This document shows, in pieces, positions 49,801 to 62,004 of a stretch of DNA of 64,000 bases. Every line of letters starts with the position of its first letter. The first letter of the stretch is position 1. A program made the translations under genes and the position numbers. Source of the DNA: Bilabrum cf. latius. Its lineage: Eukaryota. A model generated the notes under the pieces. The model ran no database searches, was not told where the DNA came from, and worked only from the letters and a program-made list of their open reading frames with translations. The stretch lies in assembly GCA_965178125.1 (NCBI GenBank), contig OZ237735.1, positions 1,674,001 through 1,738,000 on the forward strand, given 5' to 3'.

Positions 49801-51395
49801 TCTTCCAGCGCAACCTCGACTGCATCATCGATCTCTGATGCTGCTTGGACTGGCGCGTTCGCTGACGCCGGGAACCCGCCGGCTCCGGAGGTTCGCCCGC
49901 TCGTTGTGGAGGCAAGCCCGATGGCGGAGGCCCCTCGCGCGCTGGTGCTCGACGCAGAGCGCAACCCACCCGTGTACAGGGGCGAGTCGTGCGCGTGTTG
50001 CCCTTGCCCCCTTCCACCTTGCGCGCTGTCGTGGCTACTCCCGGCTACTAGACTGAGAGCGCTGGACTGGTTCAGCCTGGCGCTCGCGTCACTGGCCTGC
50101 CTCGACCCTGCCGCACCACCCTGCAGTGCACCTCCGCTACCGACCTTGAGCAGCCCGACCGAGCGCTCCGCGTCCAGTGTGACCGTTGTGCCTCCCGGCG
50201 TGGCCTCGTAATGCGCAGCGCCGCTATTAGTCCCGCTATCGTCCCTGGTCACGACCCCGATGGCTGGCCGCTGGACCGACCCTCCTTGCTGGCCCGGGGC
50301 GGGCTGCTGCTGCGGTGTCCTCCCGCCGGCGGCCGGTGCCTCTGCGTCATGAGAGGAACTGTGCTCTCTGGAGGCCTTTTGGGGTGCATCAGGGCCTTGG
50401 CCGAAGCGCTTCTACCGGAGCCGGCTCCTGGAGGTCCCCTGCGACGAGTTCGATGACCGCTTGGAGCCTGCGCTGTGCTCTGAATGCTCGCTCGCCGAGC
50501 CCTGGCTCCTAGGCGTTGCCTTTGCCCCCATGATCTGAACTTGGGCGTATGACTTTGGATTGGGTTCGGACGTACCACCTTTACGGAGGCGAGCAGCGTC
50601 AGAGGCCGTCATTGGCCCGTGCCGCGCAAGCTGCCCCACACCAGGCGTGGAGTCGGTTTTCGTCTTCGCCCCAGTGCTCTACTTGGGTGGTTTGCTTCGG
50701 GTATCAGCAGCCGAGGATGAATCCCGCTCCATAATTATGCTGTTTAGCTGTTGTGATCGAGCTCCATGGGTGTTTTCTGCCATCTGGGGACTCGTCTGCA
50801 TGGGTTCGGACAGGTCCGGCTTGGCACGGCGGGGTTGAGACTGGTTTGGTGAGCCCTATCGTCGGAAAGCGCCGGTTTCCCCCTAGCCAATATCGTGAGT
50901 ATTGAGGATGGCATCTTTTGGAGCCTGCAAAGACAAAAATATAGCCAGGGCAACCCGAATCGGAGAGAGTTGTGTGCCTGCGGTGTTGGCAGATTACGCT
51001 AGCATGCCATCTCAACCGAGCAGAGCTAAAGCAACAACACCATTGGCATGGGACGTAAATGCCTTCCAATTTGCTAGCATCTAGATAGCCCAACCTGTGA
51101 TTATTCACGTACCAGGTCGTGCTGCGCACACCCATATCCCGCAACCGGGGCTTTGCGCACCAGCGACCGAACGCATCCGGTGTTTTTGAGGAGCAATACT
51201 TCATCATTGTTCTACTCCAATAACGCATATTCACATGAAGTTCATGATTCTTCTCACCTAGCTGGTTTGAGCTGAACTAGCCTGCAGTTGCACTACATCG
51301 TGAGCCGGGGATGAATCGCGGTCCAATCCACCGCTTTCATTGCTGATACTAGGAATTTCAGCCGCGCTGTGCACCGTGCTGGCACACAAACCCAT
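46827..51395 (-). CDS. Large Ser/Gly/Arg-rich disordered protein with N-terminal dual-acylation motif MGLCAS, ~1,411 aa; exons 51395-51258 and 50924-46827 (11 in-frame TAG)
   Basis: ORFs 50412, 49719, 49407, 48639, 47496 and 46827 share a frame and are joined by TAG, ending in TGA. The upstream exon MGLCAS... ends TAG|GTGAGA and matches a phase-0 TTGCAG acceptor at 50925. An extra small exon inside this intron cannot be excluded. Confidence 0.6.
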
Positions 51396-51804
51396 TTTCG
51401 TTTGATTGATCAGCGCAAAGGTACCAAGAACTGCAAATCAACGCCACTGTAGATGCTAAAAGCCTGACAAATGGTGATGGCGTGTTCTGGGCGAACGAAT
51501 CCTCTCAAAAATGCGCGGTGTGCAGAGAAGGACTCTGCGAATCAACGCAACGAGAATGATCTACAGGTTAAACTCGTGATTTGTGAAGGAGGCGTGGCCG
51601 TCGCAAGCTTAGACAGTGTGCCGAGTTTGCGCCGAAATGCCAAGACGATTTCGATGGTCGCACGGGCAGACCCGACAGGGCCGAATTTTCGAAGGGGGGA
51701 TTCGCTACGAACCTGGATAGGTTGAGACCCGAGATCAAAAGAATTAGCCAACTGCACGATCGAGATGACATGCAAAAAGCCAACACCTTCCCCTTCTCCG
51801 ATGT

Positions 51805-53764
51805 TCAATCCGCCCAAGGCGCCAGGAAGCCACCCGTCGCCTCGATCGCGCCACAGTACCCGGTCACGTTCTCGTAGGCCGGGGGCGGCGGGTGGTACTG
51901 CCCGTCTAGGTCCTTGAGCATCTACAGCATCTGCGCGAGCACTTCTGGTTCCGAATCCGCGAGGTTCTCGTGCTCGGTTTCGTCCTTGCTAAGGTCGAAG
52001 AGGCAGGGCTCCTGGGGCGAGCAGGCAGACCCGCTGAAGCAGTCCGGGTTGCCCGCGGGGTCACCGGGCGACTCCACGAGGCCGCCCCAGGGGGCGTCCG
52101 TCCGGTTCCAGCCCGGGTCCGTGGCGTCTGGCACCTGCTGCAGCTCTGCCTTGCTACAGCTGGCGTTTGGCGTGTACCAGCTCTGCTCTCCGGAATACCA
52201 CGACGGGAAGCCCTGGGGGGCCGTGATGAGCTTCCAGTTCTTGTGGATTATGACTCCGGATCCAAGTGGGAAGTGGGTTGTGCTGTTGCCCCAGTGGTCG
52301 ACGATGAAGGTGTCCCGCGGGGAGCTGGGCTGCTGCCCCGACCAGTAGGGCCACTGGTTGTATCCGTCCATGGGGGCGGGGCCCTGCCCATCGTTCGGGT
52401 CCAGCCCAGCCATGGCTGTGAACGTGGCGTAGATGTCAGAGAATTGGAACATGCCGCTCTTGCGGGTGCCCCGCTCGGAGGCAGGCACGAGCCCTCCGCC
52501 TACGACAGCAGGCACCCGGATGCCACCCTCCCAAGCACTGCCCTTGCCTCCTCTGCGAGGGTGTTGCGGTGATTGGGAAGTGGGGATGGGAGTGGAGCAC
52601 GATGGGAAATGGACGCTTGGTATCAGACGCTGAAGGAGGCACTGAATCGCTTGCGTTGGGAAAACCTGGAAGCGAGGGGGGAGGCGTGGCTGGGTGGCTG
52701 GGTGGCTGGGTGGCTGGATTGGCTCGGCCGGGCCGATCCGGGCTCACCTGAGGCGCGCGTTGCTGCCGCCCACCTGAACGGGGGAGCCGTTATCCTGCGA
52801 GACAAAGAATGCATGGGACGCCATAAGGTGGCTTGCATGGGGGGGGGGGGCGCACCGGCGAATGCAACGCAGGGGATGAGTGCTCTGGGACAGCAAAGGG
52901 CGGAGGTCTCACTCCTGCAAGCAGCAGCAGGGTGTTGTCCCACATGCCAGTCTCCTTGAGCGCGCTCGTCACATTGGCGAGGGCTTGGTCAGCCATGCTG
53001 ACCATGCCTGTGAACTTGCGCTGGGGGAGGAACGGGATGCTGTCGTTGAAGGGGTCCACGGCGGAGGCAGGCGCCTCGATGGGTGCGTGCGTCACGTGCA
53101 GAGCAAAGTACATGGCCATGGGCTCATCAGGCTGGGTGGCAGCGTGCTCCCGGATCTGATCCACGGCGTACCGCGTGAAGCGGTACGTGTTGTACTCGCC
53201 CTCCGGCTCCTCCGAGGGCCTGGTGCTATTGTAGAGGTCCCTGCACTTGCACTTGTTCGTAGGGTTGAAGCAGTCCTGATTCACGTGGTCCTCGCCGCCG
53301 GACAGGAAGCCGTAGGAGCTGGTGAAGCCGCGCTGCACCGGCGTGTACTCGGGCGAATACAGCCCTTGGTGGTGCTTGCCGACCTGCGGCACTCGAGGGT
53401 ACTTTGCTTCCTCGACCAGTCTCTGGGGCCACATCTTATAGCGCAAGTCGACGCCTTCCTGTCGCGTCCAAGGGATGAGGTTGTCGATGGCGGCGGTATG
53501 CCTCCACCCCGCGCGGCCTGTCAACAGAGACGCTCGCGAGGGAGAGCAAAACCTGTACGCGTACGCAGAGTCCAAAATGATACCGTCCTCCGCCAATGAA
53601 TCCATTGCGGGAGTGTTCATTGGGTCAGGTGAGCTGTACATAAACTTTGGGTAACCCACGCCCCAATCGTCCACGAGGACCATGATCAGGTTCGGCCGCT
53701 TTGAAGCTGCGAGTACCGCAGAGGCAATACAACCACTTATCACTGCAGCAATAGAGGACTTCAT
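51805..53764 (-). CDS. Arylsulfatase (ARSB-like, formylglycine-dependent); exons 53764-52913, 52794-52748 and 52552-51805 (1 in-frame TAG)
   Basis: Signal peptide, PNLIMVLVDD, CSPSRASLLTGR and GKHH. Splicing two GT-AG introns restores DNG...SNARLRGGKGSAWEGGIRVPA. LFDLSKDETEHENLA is present, and reading through TAG 51922 gives a GGFLAPW end before TGA. Confidence 0.92.
52553..52747 (-). other. GT-AG intron (195 nt) containing a (CCAGCCAC)n repeat
   Basis: AG|GTGAGC donor and TCGCAG|A acceptor. About four copies of TGGCTGGG on the + strand at 52687-52717. Confidence 0.85.
52795..52912 (-). other. GT-AG intron (118 nt) containing a C12 tract
   Basis: GGA|GTGAGA donor and TCGCAG|GAT acceptor; restores LLLLAG-DNG. 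Confidence 0.85.
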
Positions 53765-54145
53765 GATTGGTCCTATCTGCTCTGGCTGATGACGCAGCGA
53801 CGTTCTGCCGAGAAAGCCTGTTTGTGCACGCTACAAAGATCCAGCCTGGACTCAAGCACGTGAGACCGCAATGGAGTGGTTAAGAAGATCAGATGCTAAA
53901 AATACGCGCGTGCTGACTGCACCGGACCGAGAGCTGAGCTAAGATGCCACAACGACAGTACCAGGAGTGCACCGCAGTCACACGAGTGTCAACACATGGT
54001 CCAGCTGCCAGCTTGCCAGCCAGCCGGCTCCCGGCACCAAGGTCCACTTTCCAAACTGACTAGAAGCAACCTCAGATCTGCTACCTGACGGATCCCCGCC
54101 CTCGCGCACAACTTCCTCTCTCACCTTGACTATTGAGGAGCACGA

Positions 54146-55594
54146 TCAGAACACCCCGGGGATGACCCTGTACGGTACCTTCTTGCAGTACATGTCCCAG
54201 TACTTTCCGTACTTCTCCTTGCAGCGCTGCTCGTCCCTCACCGCTCGGTCCAGCAGCAGCAGCACCAGGAAGCCCACGTAGAAGAAGGGGACGGCCTTGT
54301 CGGTCTGCATGGGCACGGACCACGCCAGCGCCGCGGCCACCTCGAACACGTAGTGCAGGTGCCTCGCGTGTGCCCATAGGTGTGAGTGAAGGAGGGTGCT
54401 CTTGCGAGTGCCCTTCGCCGTCTTGTACTCGGCCCGGATGACCTTCATGGGAGACCCGAAGATGAGACCCTTCCCGTCCTGGCGCCTGCACTGCTGCCTC
54501 TGCCGGTCGGCCTCGTAGTTGAGGTAGATCATGAGGAAGCCGAAGAGAGCCAGGGCGTACATCTGCATGTCCGTGAGGTCGCCCCTGTAGGAGCACCCTC
54601 CCTCGGGGCTGAAACCCTCCCTGTCGGCGTCGTTGCACTGGAAGGCAATGAACCCGCTGGCCACCTGGTAGAAGGAGGGCACCCACACGAGGCAGCCCCA
54701 GCAGATGTAGAAGCCGGCCCGGTCGTGCTGGATGTCCATCGAGTTAAAGTAGCCGGTCTCCCACTGGAAAAACTTGCCCACGTAGATGAGGTTGAGCACC
54801 ACGTTCACCACGGCGGCGTTGGACACCGACCCGTTCCTCTCGTAGTTGAAGGCGAGGGCAGCAATGGGGATCATGGCCCACAGCATCATCCCGAAGCGGC
54901 AGTTCGTCATCTGCTTCACGTCCCATCCGAAGATCCGCGGGTACAGCTCGGTACCCCAGTAGAAGTCCACCACCCAGTTGCCGCTGCTGCTGGCGTCTGG
55001 CCCGCTCGGCATGTTGAGGCCCTTCCACGTCAAGAAGGCGCAAAACACGAGCGCGAAGAGGCACAGCACCACGATCCAGATGCGCCAAACCTTAATGATG
55101 TCGCTCATTTGCCACGGGGAGTTCTCGCCCAGCAGCAAGGGGACGCCCACGAACGTGAAGATCGTGATCCAGTACGACAAAACGCCGTTGTCAGTGTAGA
55201 CGGGGCGATGGCCGTTGATGGTGGGGTTGGCTACAAACTTGGGGCCCGGCACCAGCCGAACCAGGGCTGCTTGAAACGCAACGAAGCCGATCAGGAGGGT
55301 CAATGCTTTCCACACCAGCTACTCGTTGCTAAAGTCCGCTACAGAGGCTTCGTACAGCCACGACATGCCACCCATCACACCATTCACCAGCTCCATTGAG
55401 AAAATATACGACAGATCAAATGAGATGATCTTGTTCCACATGTCGTCCGGCATGATGTTCGCCTGGTTGGACGTCATGCATGTCACGAGCGCAATCGCGA
55501 CTGGTGGGGGTGCAAGAGTTAGAAAAAGGGGCCCAATTGACTCCCTCGCCCCGAACAGGCCGCTACCTGATTTGTCAGACCCTTCAGACCACAT
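54146..55594 (-). CDS. DHCR7: 7-dehydrocholesterol reductase (ERG4/ERG24 family, DWF5-like), ~482 aa (1 in-frame TAG)
   Basis: Motifs DFYWGTELYPRI, DVKQMTNCRFGMM, YFNSMDIQHDRAGFYICWGCLVWVP and RDEQRCKEKYGKYW. The N-terminal ORF 55319-55597 joins via TAG 55319-55321. Ends in TGA. Confidence 0.9.
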
Positions 55595-55788
55595 CAAATA
55601 TCAATTTGTGGGTAACAAGACAGCAGGATCGTGGGCTTCTCAAAACAGCAAACAAACGGGAATAAAATGCCTCAGTCGTCAAAACGATGCTCCGATCGGT
55701 AATCGTTGCTAAAATTATTGTTCTGACAATTCCGCAGCTGGTAAATCAGTGGGCTACAGCAATTGCCCTCCCTAAGTTATTTTTGAAT
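55595..55788. promoter_or_regulatory. Probable bidirectional promoter region (194 bp)
   Basis: AT-rich spacer between DHCR7 and the divergent Ser/Arg-rich gene; positional inference only. Confidence 0.4.
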
Positions 55789-58700
55789 ATGGAAAATGGA
55801 CTCATGGATTCTGCAGGCCCAGGTGGAGCTTATGCACAACCGCTGGAACCGCTTCGGTCTGGCCAACTCAACTTTCTCAGAAGTGCAAGTCGCCCGATAG
55901 ACGTAGAAATGGAGCCTGCTTCTCTCGATAACGATAACTGCTTGGTGAATTCTAGAGATAGCGATGACTTCCAGGGGCACGGTCCGATGTCCTATGACGG
56001 TCCTGCAGCTTCCCATTCGCTTGAGGGGGACCAGTAGACAAGCATCTCTCAGAGATCTCGCCGTAGAATTCACATCTACAATGCGAGTGGATTTGGAACA
56101 CAGGCAGGAAGTAGGCGACGGGTTCCTCGGCTTGGGCCTGCCGATTCTCCCACCCAACGCCACCTTCGTGGGCGAACAGACCCCGACAGCGATCATTCTC
56201 CAAGAGAGGAGCGGGGTGGTCGGCCGCAGGCCCATACGCCTGATAGTGTGGCAGCAGGGCTGGGGTTGGAAGGCGCCCACGCAAGCCCAGGGCCCCACCC
56301 GTTCCAGCCAAGCCGGCCTCAAGTCGGCCAGACCTCCGCAGGCAGCAGCCCCGGAGACCCCGGCCAGCCCGTGCCGTCTGTCGTTATGAGCAGAGCTGGC
56401 TATGGAAATGCGCCGTCAACCTCCGGCTCTGTGCTCACGAAAGGCAAGCCCCCGATTTCGTCCAGCCGCACTCGACCCGGGATTGGCGCAGGTGCAGGAA
56501 CAGACAGGGCCAGGAGACACCGCAGAGAGGGCCGTCAGCGCAGGGCTGGGCCCAGAGCAGGGGGCACGTTCGACGCCCAAGCTGCATCATTGGCAGGTCT
56601 GTCGTCTTCTTCCTCAGACGAAGACGAAGAGCCCTTTTCACGGGCAGGCACTCGCGATCAATCGTCCTCGGCCTCGAGGGGGGCACCAGGAGTGTCCTCC
56701 AGCCGACGCCCGTAGACAGGCACAATGCATGGGCCTCACCGTCAGAGCCACGCACGCAAGGCAAACCCAGCAAGAAGATCCAGAAAATCCTCCCGTAGTA
56801 GCACGCAGAGTTGGAGCCGACACTCATCGGGATACACTTCGTCTAGTGACAGCGACATCAATGCATCGACCAGCCTGCCAGTCGGGCACCGCTCTAGCCG
56901 AGCCGGTGGCTAGCAAGCTGGGAGTAAGCCAAGTCGAGCCAGACAAGAAAACAACGATACCTTCACCCCCCCTCACATAAGAAGTAGAGCCGGCCTAGCC
57001 CTCGCTCGCTCTGCTGTTCGTGAGGCTGCCAGCGCACTCAGAAGCAGCCAGTCCAAGTTGCAGGCGGCCATCGCTGGTGGATTTGGTGCCGTGCCTGCAC
57101 ATCTCGATTCGCGCATGAATGGAGGCAGTAGCAGCGACAGTGATACAAAAGAGTTTCCTCCCAGTAGGCGAGTCGATGCCTCGGGAAGGAAGCGCGGGAC
57201 TGCCTCCAGGAGCCTGCTGTACCCTGCGCCTGGCCACCTGCAGCACCCCGAGAAGCAGGCCAGCGCTCTGAATGACGCGTCCAGCTAGTACAGTGCCTCA
57301 TCATCAGACGATGACTTGCTCTCCACCAGGCGTATTCCACCAGGAATGATGGCTATATGCAGGGCTCTGCGAGCCACGGTGAAGGAGGCCCGGCTCGCTA
57401 CCTCCCCGAACGGTCGAGCTACAGACCCGAGGAAGATTGCAACGGGCGGTACCGGTTCCAAGGGTCGTGGTAGTGGTGCACCAGCGTGGCCAAGTGGAAG
57501 GATCACCCATCTGGCCTCTCAAGCAAGTCGCAGAGCGCAGACGCAAGGGCGGAGACTGAGCTTCAGTCGGCGAGGGTCCAGGTCGTCAGCGCTGGACGCC
57601 GCTTCTGCAGCTGCCGTTCCGGGGGGCAATCAGACCAATAAAGACGTTCGAGGTGCCCACAGCGTTTCTAACCGTAGACAAGCATTGCTGCAGAGCCACA
57701 AGAGCGCCGCCCTTTCATTCAGCGAGAGCTCAAGCGAGGAGGATGAGGCAGGACTCGGGCTGCCGCCGCGCAGGGGAGCACGGCAGAAATCCGCTCCGGC
57801 TCCAGAGCAACCTCTTGTGATCTCAGACCCTCCAACTAGGGCCGCAAGCCCCGTTGCAGACGATCCTATCGCGCATTTAGCCATGTCATCATCCGCAAAG
57901 CAGCACGCGATGTCGTACCGCCGGCGTCTCCGGCAGCGCAGGCCAAGTGCGAGCATAGCGGACAAGAGACCCACCCGCAAATCACCATTGTCAAGGGTTG
58001 TATCCATAGTATCGTGCAGCTCCTCAGAAAGCGACGGTGGCAAGCAACCTTCACCTGGATAGATGCGAGCTCGGCGGGAGGGGCTGTCGGTACCGGTCCG
58101 AGGCGCACCGGAGTCCAACCAAGCGTTGAGGCAAGCCAAACGATTAGGCTTGGGTAGGGAGCAGCACAGGACCCCGGGCCCTCCGCTAGCTCTTCTGCGA
58201 CCACAGCTTGGCAGTCGCGCCTCACGTATTCAATCTGTCGGCTATAGGGTAGCTTGCTCCGTGGTGGACACCGACTCGGACGACAGCAGCGGTTCGGACG
58301 AACAGGTGGTCATTTCACAAGCGGCAGGACACAGAAATGAGACAAAACGCGCGAAGGATCAAAGCCAGCACCGCCTTGCAAGTCGAACTTCGAAGAGATC
58401 GCCACCCCCCAAGATTGAGAGAGCAGCTTCCGCGGTCGCGTCCAGCGTGCTGGATCTTTCCTCGTCTGAAGATGAATCCAATAGCCCGAAGAACTCGGCG
58501 GCCCCTCGCGAGGCCCAAAGCAGCCGTACCAGGTATAACTCGAAGCCGCACGTTGCCAAGACCCGAGCCGTCCCCCCGTTGCGACTGGGCACTACCATAC
58601 GACCGAGGGAGTCGCCGCCCCCAAAGCACAGTGCAAGAAAACGTTCCGCGGCATCTTCATCCTCCAACAAGTCGTCATCATCATCTTCGGGCGCTAGTTT

Positions 58701-59358
58701 TGGGCATCAAAAGAAATCGCGGTCAGAGGTTAGACGAAGCTCGGCTGCAGGGAGTACAATAAGCTCGATACTAGAAGAAGGAGAAGACGTTGCAGTTGTA
58801 TACATCTCGCCAGACTACTCGGATGCGGGCGGCTCTCAGAAGGAGGCCGAGCGCACTATCGACACTGGCCGGATGCTCCGCGCAGGGAGCGCTTTTGATC
58901 GGGCACTGCACGGGAAGGCCTACGAAGAACGAGAAGCGGCTGCCCTCCAAAGAATTCTTGCTCAGTAGCGAGCAAAAGTCAACATTGAGCGCAAGCCAGG
59001 CGGGAGGCCCCCACCTCGCAGATTTGCAGTGCCTCCACGGAGTGAACCACGCCGAACAGGCCAGCCACCACCGCGTGTTCCCTTGTTTGGCGGTGTGCAG
59101 AGGCGAGGATCGCGGGCTAACGGAGCAAAGCGCATCGGCGCCCCTCGAATGACGCTGGCAGAGCGCTCCAGGATCGACGTTGCAGGGTCAGACAGCGAAT
59201 CATCGTCATCAGAGAGCGATACCGAGAGAGATTATGTCGCTGCAAGAAGAGATCCAGTGCGGCAGGCACAAGTCAAACGAGCACCGGTGGTACGGCGCAG
59301 TGCGCTCGGACGGAAGGTGGCCAGTCTAGACAGCTCATCCTCGGATGAATCAGACTGA
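55789..59358 (+). CDS. Hypothetical Ser/Arg-rich low-complexity protein, ~1,189 aa (6 in-frame TAG)
   Basis: ORFs 55687, 56248, 56725, 57058, 57316, 58063 and 59029 share a frame and are joined only by TAG. Recurrent SSS(D/E)(D/E) tracts; TGA at 59356-59358. The start could alternatively be ATG 55687. Confidence 0.7.
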
Positions 59359-59554
59359 GGCTTCGTACTGGAACTGGGTCTGGGCTGGGGCTGGAAGAGA
59401 CGAGCGGTAGGGAGTCCTACTTTAAACTAGGGACTGACGTCTAGGTTGCCTGGGCTGCTTCTTGAATTCCAATTATTGTATACATGATAAACATGTCTAC
59501 CTTCTCGCGTACGATTACTCGCCGCGGCGTACACATGTCACTGAGGCTGGCACC

Positions 59555-61894
59555 TCAAGCCGATGACTTCCTTCGCATCAGAGACCGCGCTTGGCGCTCC
59601 ACGAAAGGCAGCACTCGTCTCCACATCGCCCACTGCCTGACTCGCTCCGCAACGTCTCTTGGACCCGACAGTGCAGAAGCAGCGTCCCGGTCCATCGCAT
59701 CGGCAGCTTTATCGCTGTCCGACCTGGGCCATATGGAGTGGAGTACGTCGAATGGACCGTCGTGAAGCAGGCGAACTAGTGGCAACGATGTTGCAGATCC
59801 AGATGCCCAGCTCTAGTGCGCCTGCAGAGCCTCCGCATGACGCCTACCTAACACGCTGGTGGGAATAGCCCCAGATGATGTTGCAGTTTCTGATACAGCG
59901 CGCCCTTTGGTTGCCGGCGTAGACTCGGTCCGAGCTACCTCTGGAGCCCATTCACCCAGCAGCGACCGCCGCACGTTTAGCCCCGACCAAAACACCCACA
60001 TTGCGCGGCTATACTGCTCCTTATCAAGGACTGCGCCAGAAGCGCTCGCACTCTATCCATGGCTGCCAGCAGCAGCTTCCTGACGCCCCAGCTCAACCAG
60101 GGCGCCATCAAGTACTCTTGAGCAGTGGCAGTCCAGCCCGTAGTATGCGACAACCGCGTCGAATCTGGGGGTACGTACGGGTGCAGAGTGTGGCCCACTG
60201 GCAGCCATTGAAGCTGCCTGAGCTGACGGTGCTTTTGCAGACGCAGAACTGCGACTTCCTTGCTGGCTGACTGCGTCGCCTGCGCCAGTCCAGTCGTAAC
60301 CTGCCTCTACACTAATCCTGACTCCGCCACCTAGATCGACCACACGTGGAAGCTGCACAACACCAAGCCTATCGGTCGTCCACGACTCGATAGAATCGGA
60401 CCATGAGGTCGAGCAACCAGCATTGGTGGCAGCGCCCCAGCCGGACAGTCGCTACAGCGCTGTGCACCACAAATCTCGAGAGTCTCTGCCACCTGCAGCA
60501 CTCTCATGGCGAACCCACGGAGGCGGCTCGAGAGACAGCCGTAATCCGTCTAACGTAGTTTCTGAGCTCTTGCTTGCACGTGCAGGCTCTGGCAGTCTGC
60601 ATGCTAAACGCAGCTGCCAAGTCCTTTGCGCCCCTGCCAGCATGGCCATATCTCCCCGCATGCCACCAAGCGCTCTGCGGAGCAAAAGAGCGAAACACAG
60701 AGCTGCCCCTGTAGTATCTCTGCCAGACCTGACAGTGCCACTTCGAGGCAAAGACTTTGCGTCAGCATCCTCCGCTTGAGCAGGAGCTTGCTATGTGGTA
60801 CTCGATGCGCTTATGCTTGAAGATGAGCTAGCGCTTGCCACCGCTGGCTGTTGAAGGCGTGGAATCACTGATGGCAACGACTTCAGGGCATGACCTGACG
60901 ATGCTATCGATGCCGACCTTGTCAGGTCACCGCTGGCGGCAGTACTCGGTTTAAGCAACCCAAAGCGGTGCTGCAGAGCCACCAAGCTCACATTGCAAAG
61001 TGACCTGGACCGCCCCTCCGCAACTTGCATCGGTTCGTCTGCTGTAGATTTCTGTGGCAGCTCCGCAGAGCAAGGATTAGATTCTTCGTTATACAGCGTG
61101 TTGATGCGAGTAGCATCTTCGGCTGCTGGATACCGATTGATGGGGTCATGCACCGGGCAACTCGCAGCGCTGTGAGCCAGCCCAGCCAGCAAAGGTAAAA
61201 AGCATTCTGCTACAGGCTTGTAGCCTTTCGAAATGGCAGCAGCGAGCCACACTGCAGCCGTCATGCCGGGCTGTGCGAGCACGTCTTCGATGCAAACGAT
61301 TGGCAGCCGCCGAGATAGCTCTAGAATCATCGGGTCACCGTGCTGCCACATTTCGTAGACGCATCTAGATGCTGCAGAGGACTAGCCTCTACGTATACAT
61401 TTCTGTAGAAGGCTTTTCAGTTGTCCGGAGCTGAACGTAGTTGAAGCTGATCCAGCGTGTGGCTCGGACACGCTGCGCGCTGGGCAGTCAGTCCACAGAT
61501 TCACGACTGCACCTTTTCTTGTTCCTGCAATTTTAGCGCCTAGCTTCATTTTCGATGACCACTTGGCCTGACCGGCAGAAGCCGGCAGAAGCACTGTCGT
61601 TGCTTTCCCATGTAAAAACTAGAGACCGAAATAGAATTCTGTAGGCTTCTCTCTCGCTGCTTCCATCATAATAGCGAACGCCCCTGGGCTTGAACTAGAT
61701 GATGATGAAACACGGGCATTCTTCGTCCTCCTCGGGACGTGTGCATCGGAATGAGAAGCCTCGCTGTCGCTCTCCAAAACATCCACCACCTCTGTTGATC
61801 TGCCAGGCAGAGCACCACCTGACCTATGGCGCTTTCGCCCAGGCCTTGGCAACTTAGCAAATGTATTTGTTTTACGCACGACGAATGCATCCAT
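59555..61894 (-). CDS. Conserved hypothetical protein with an MgsA/RarA C-terminal-like motif set, ~779 aa (6 in-frame TAG)
   Basis: Seven in-frame ORFs joined by TAG. Motifs LKSLLQKCIRRG, ELSRRLPIVCIED, LLRRALGGMRGDMAML, GLDCHCS and MWVFWSGLNVR. Ends in TGA. The family resemblance is from recall and was not searched. Confidence 0.65.
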
Positions 61895-62004
61895 TATTTA
61901 GGCCGAGCTGTGGACGAAACGGCACAGTTGCACCTAGGTTCCGGAACCGGAACCAGGAACACTCGGGCATTTCAAACACAATTTTTTGAACTTGAAACCA
62001 ATAT

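Noticed and set aside
50704-51234. 176-aa minus-strand ORF as a separate gene
   Set aside because: It lies mostly within the inferred intron and overlaps the large downstream exon out of frame, with no motifs. An internal exon remains possible.
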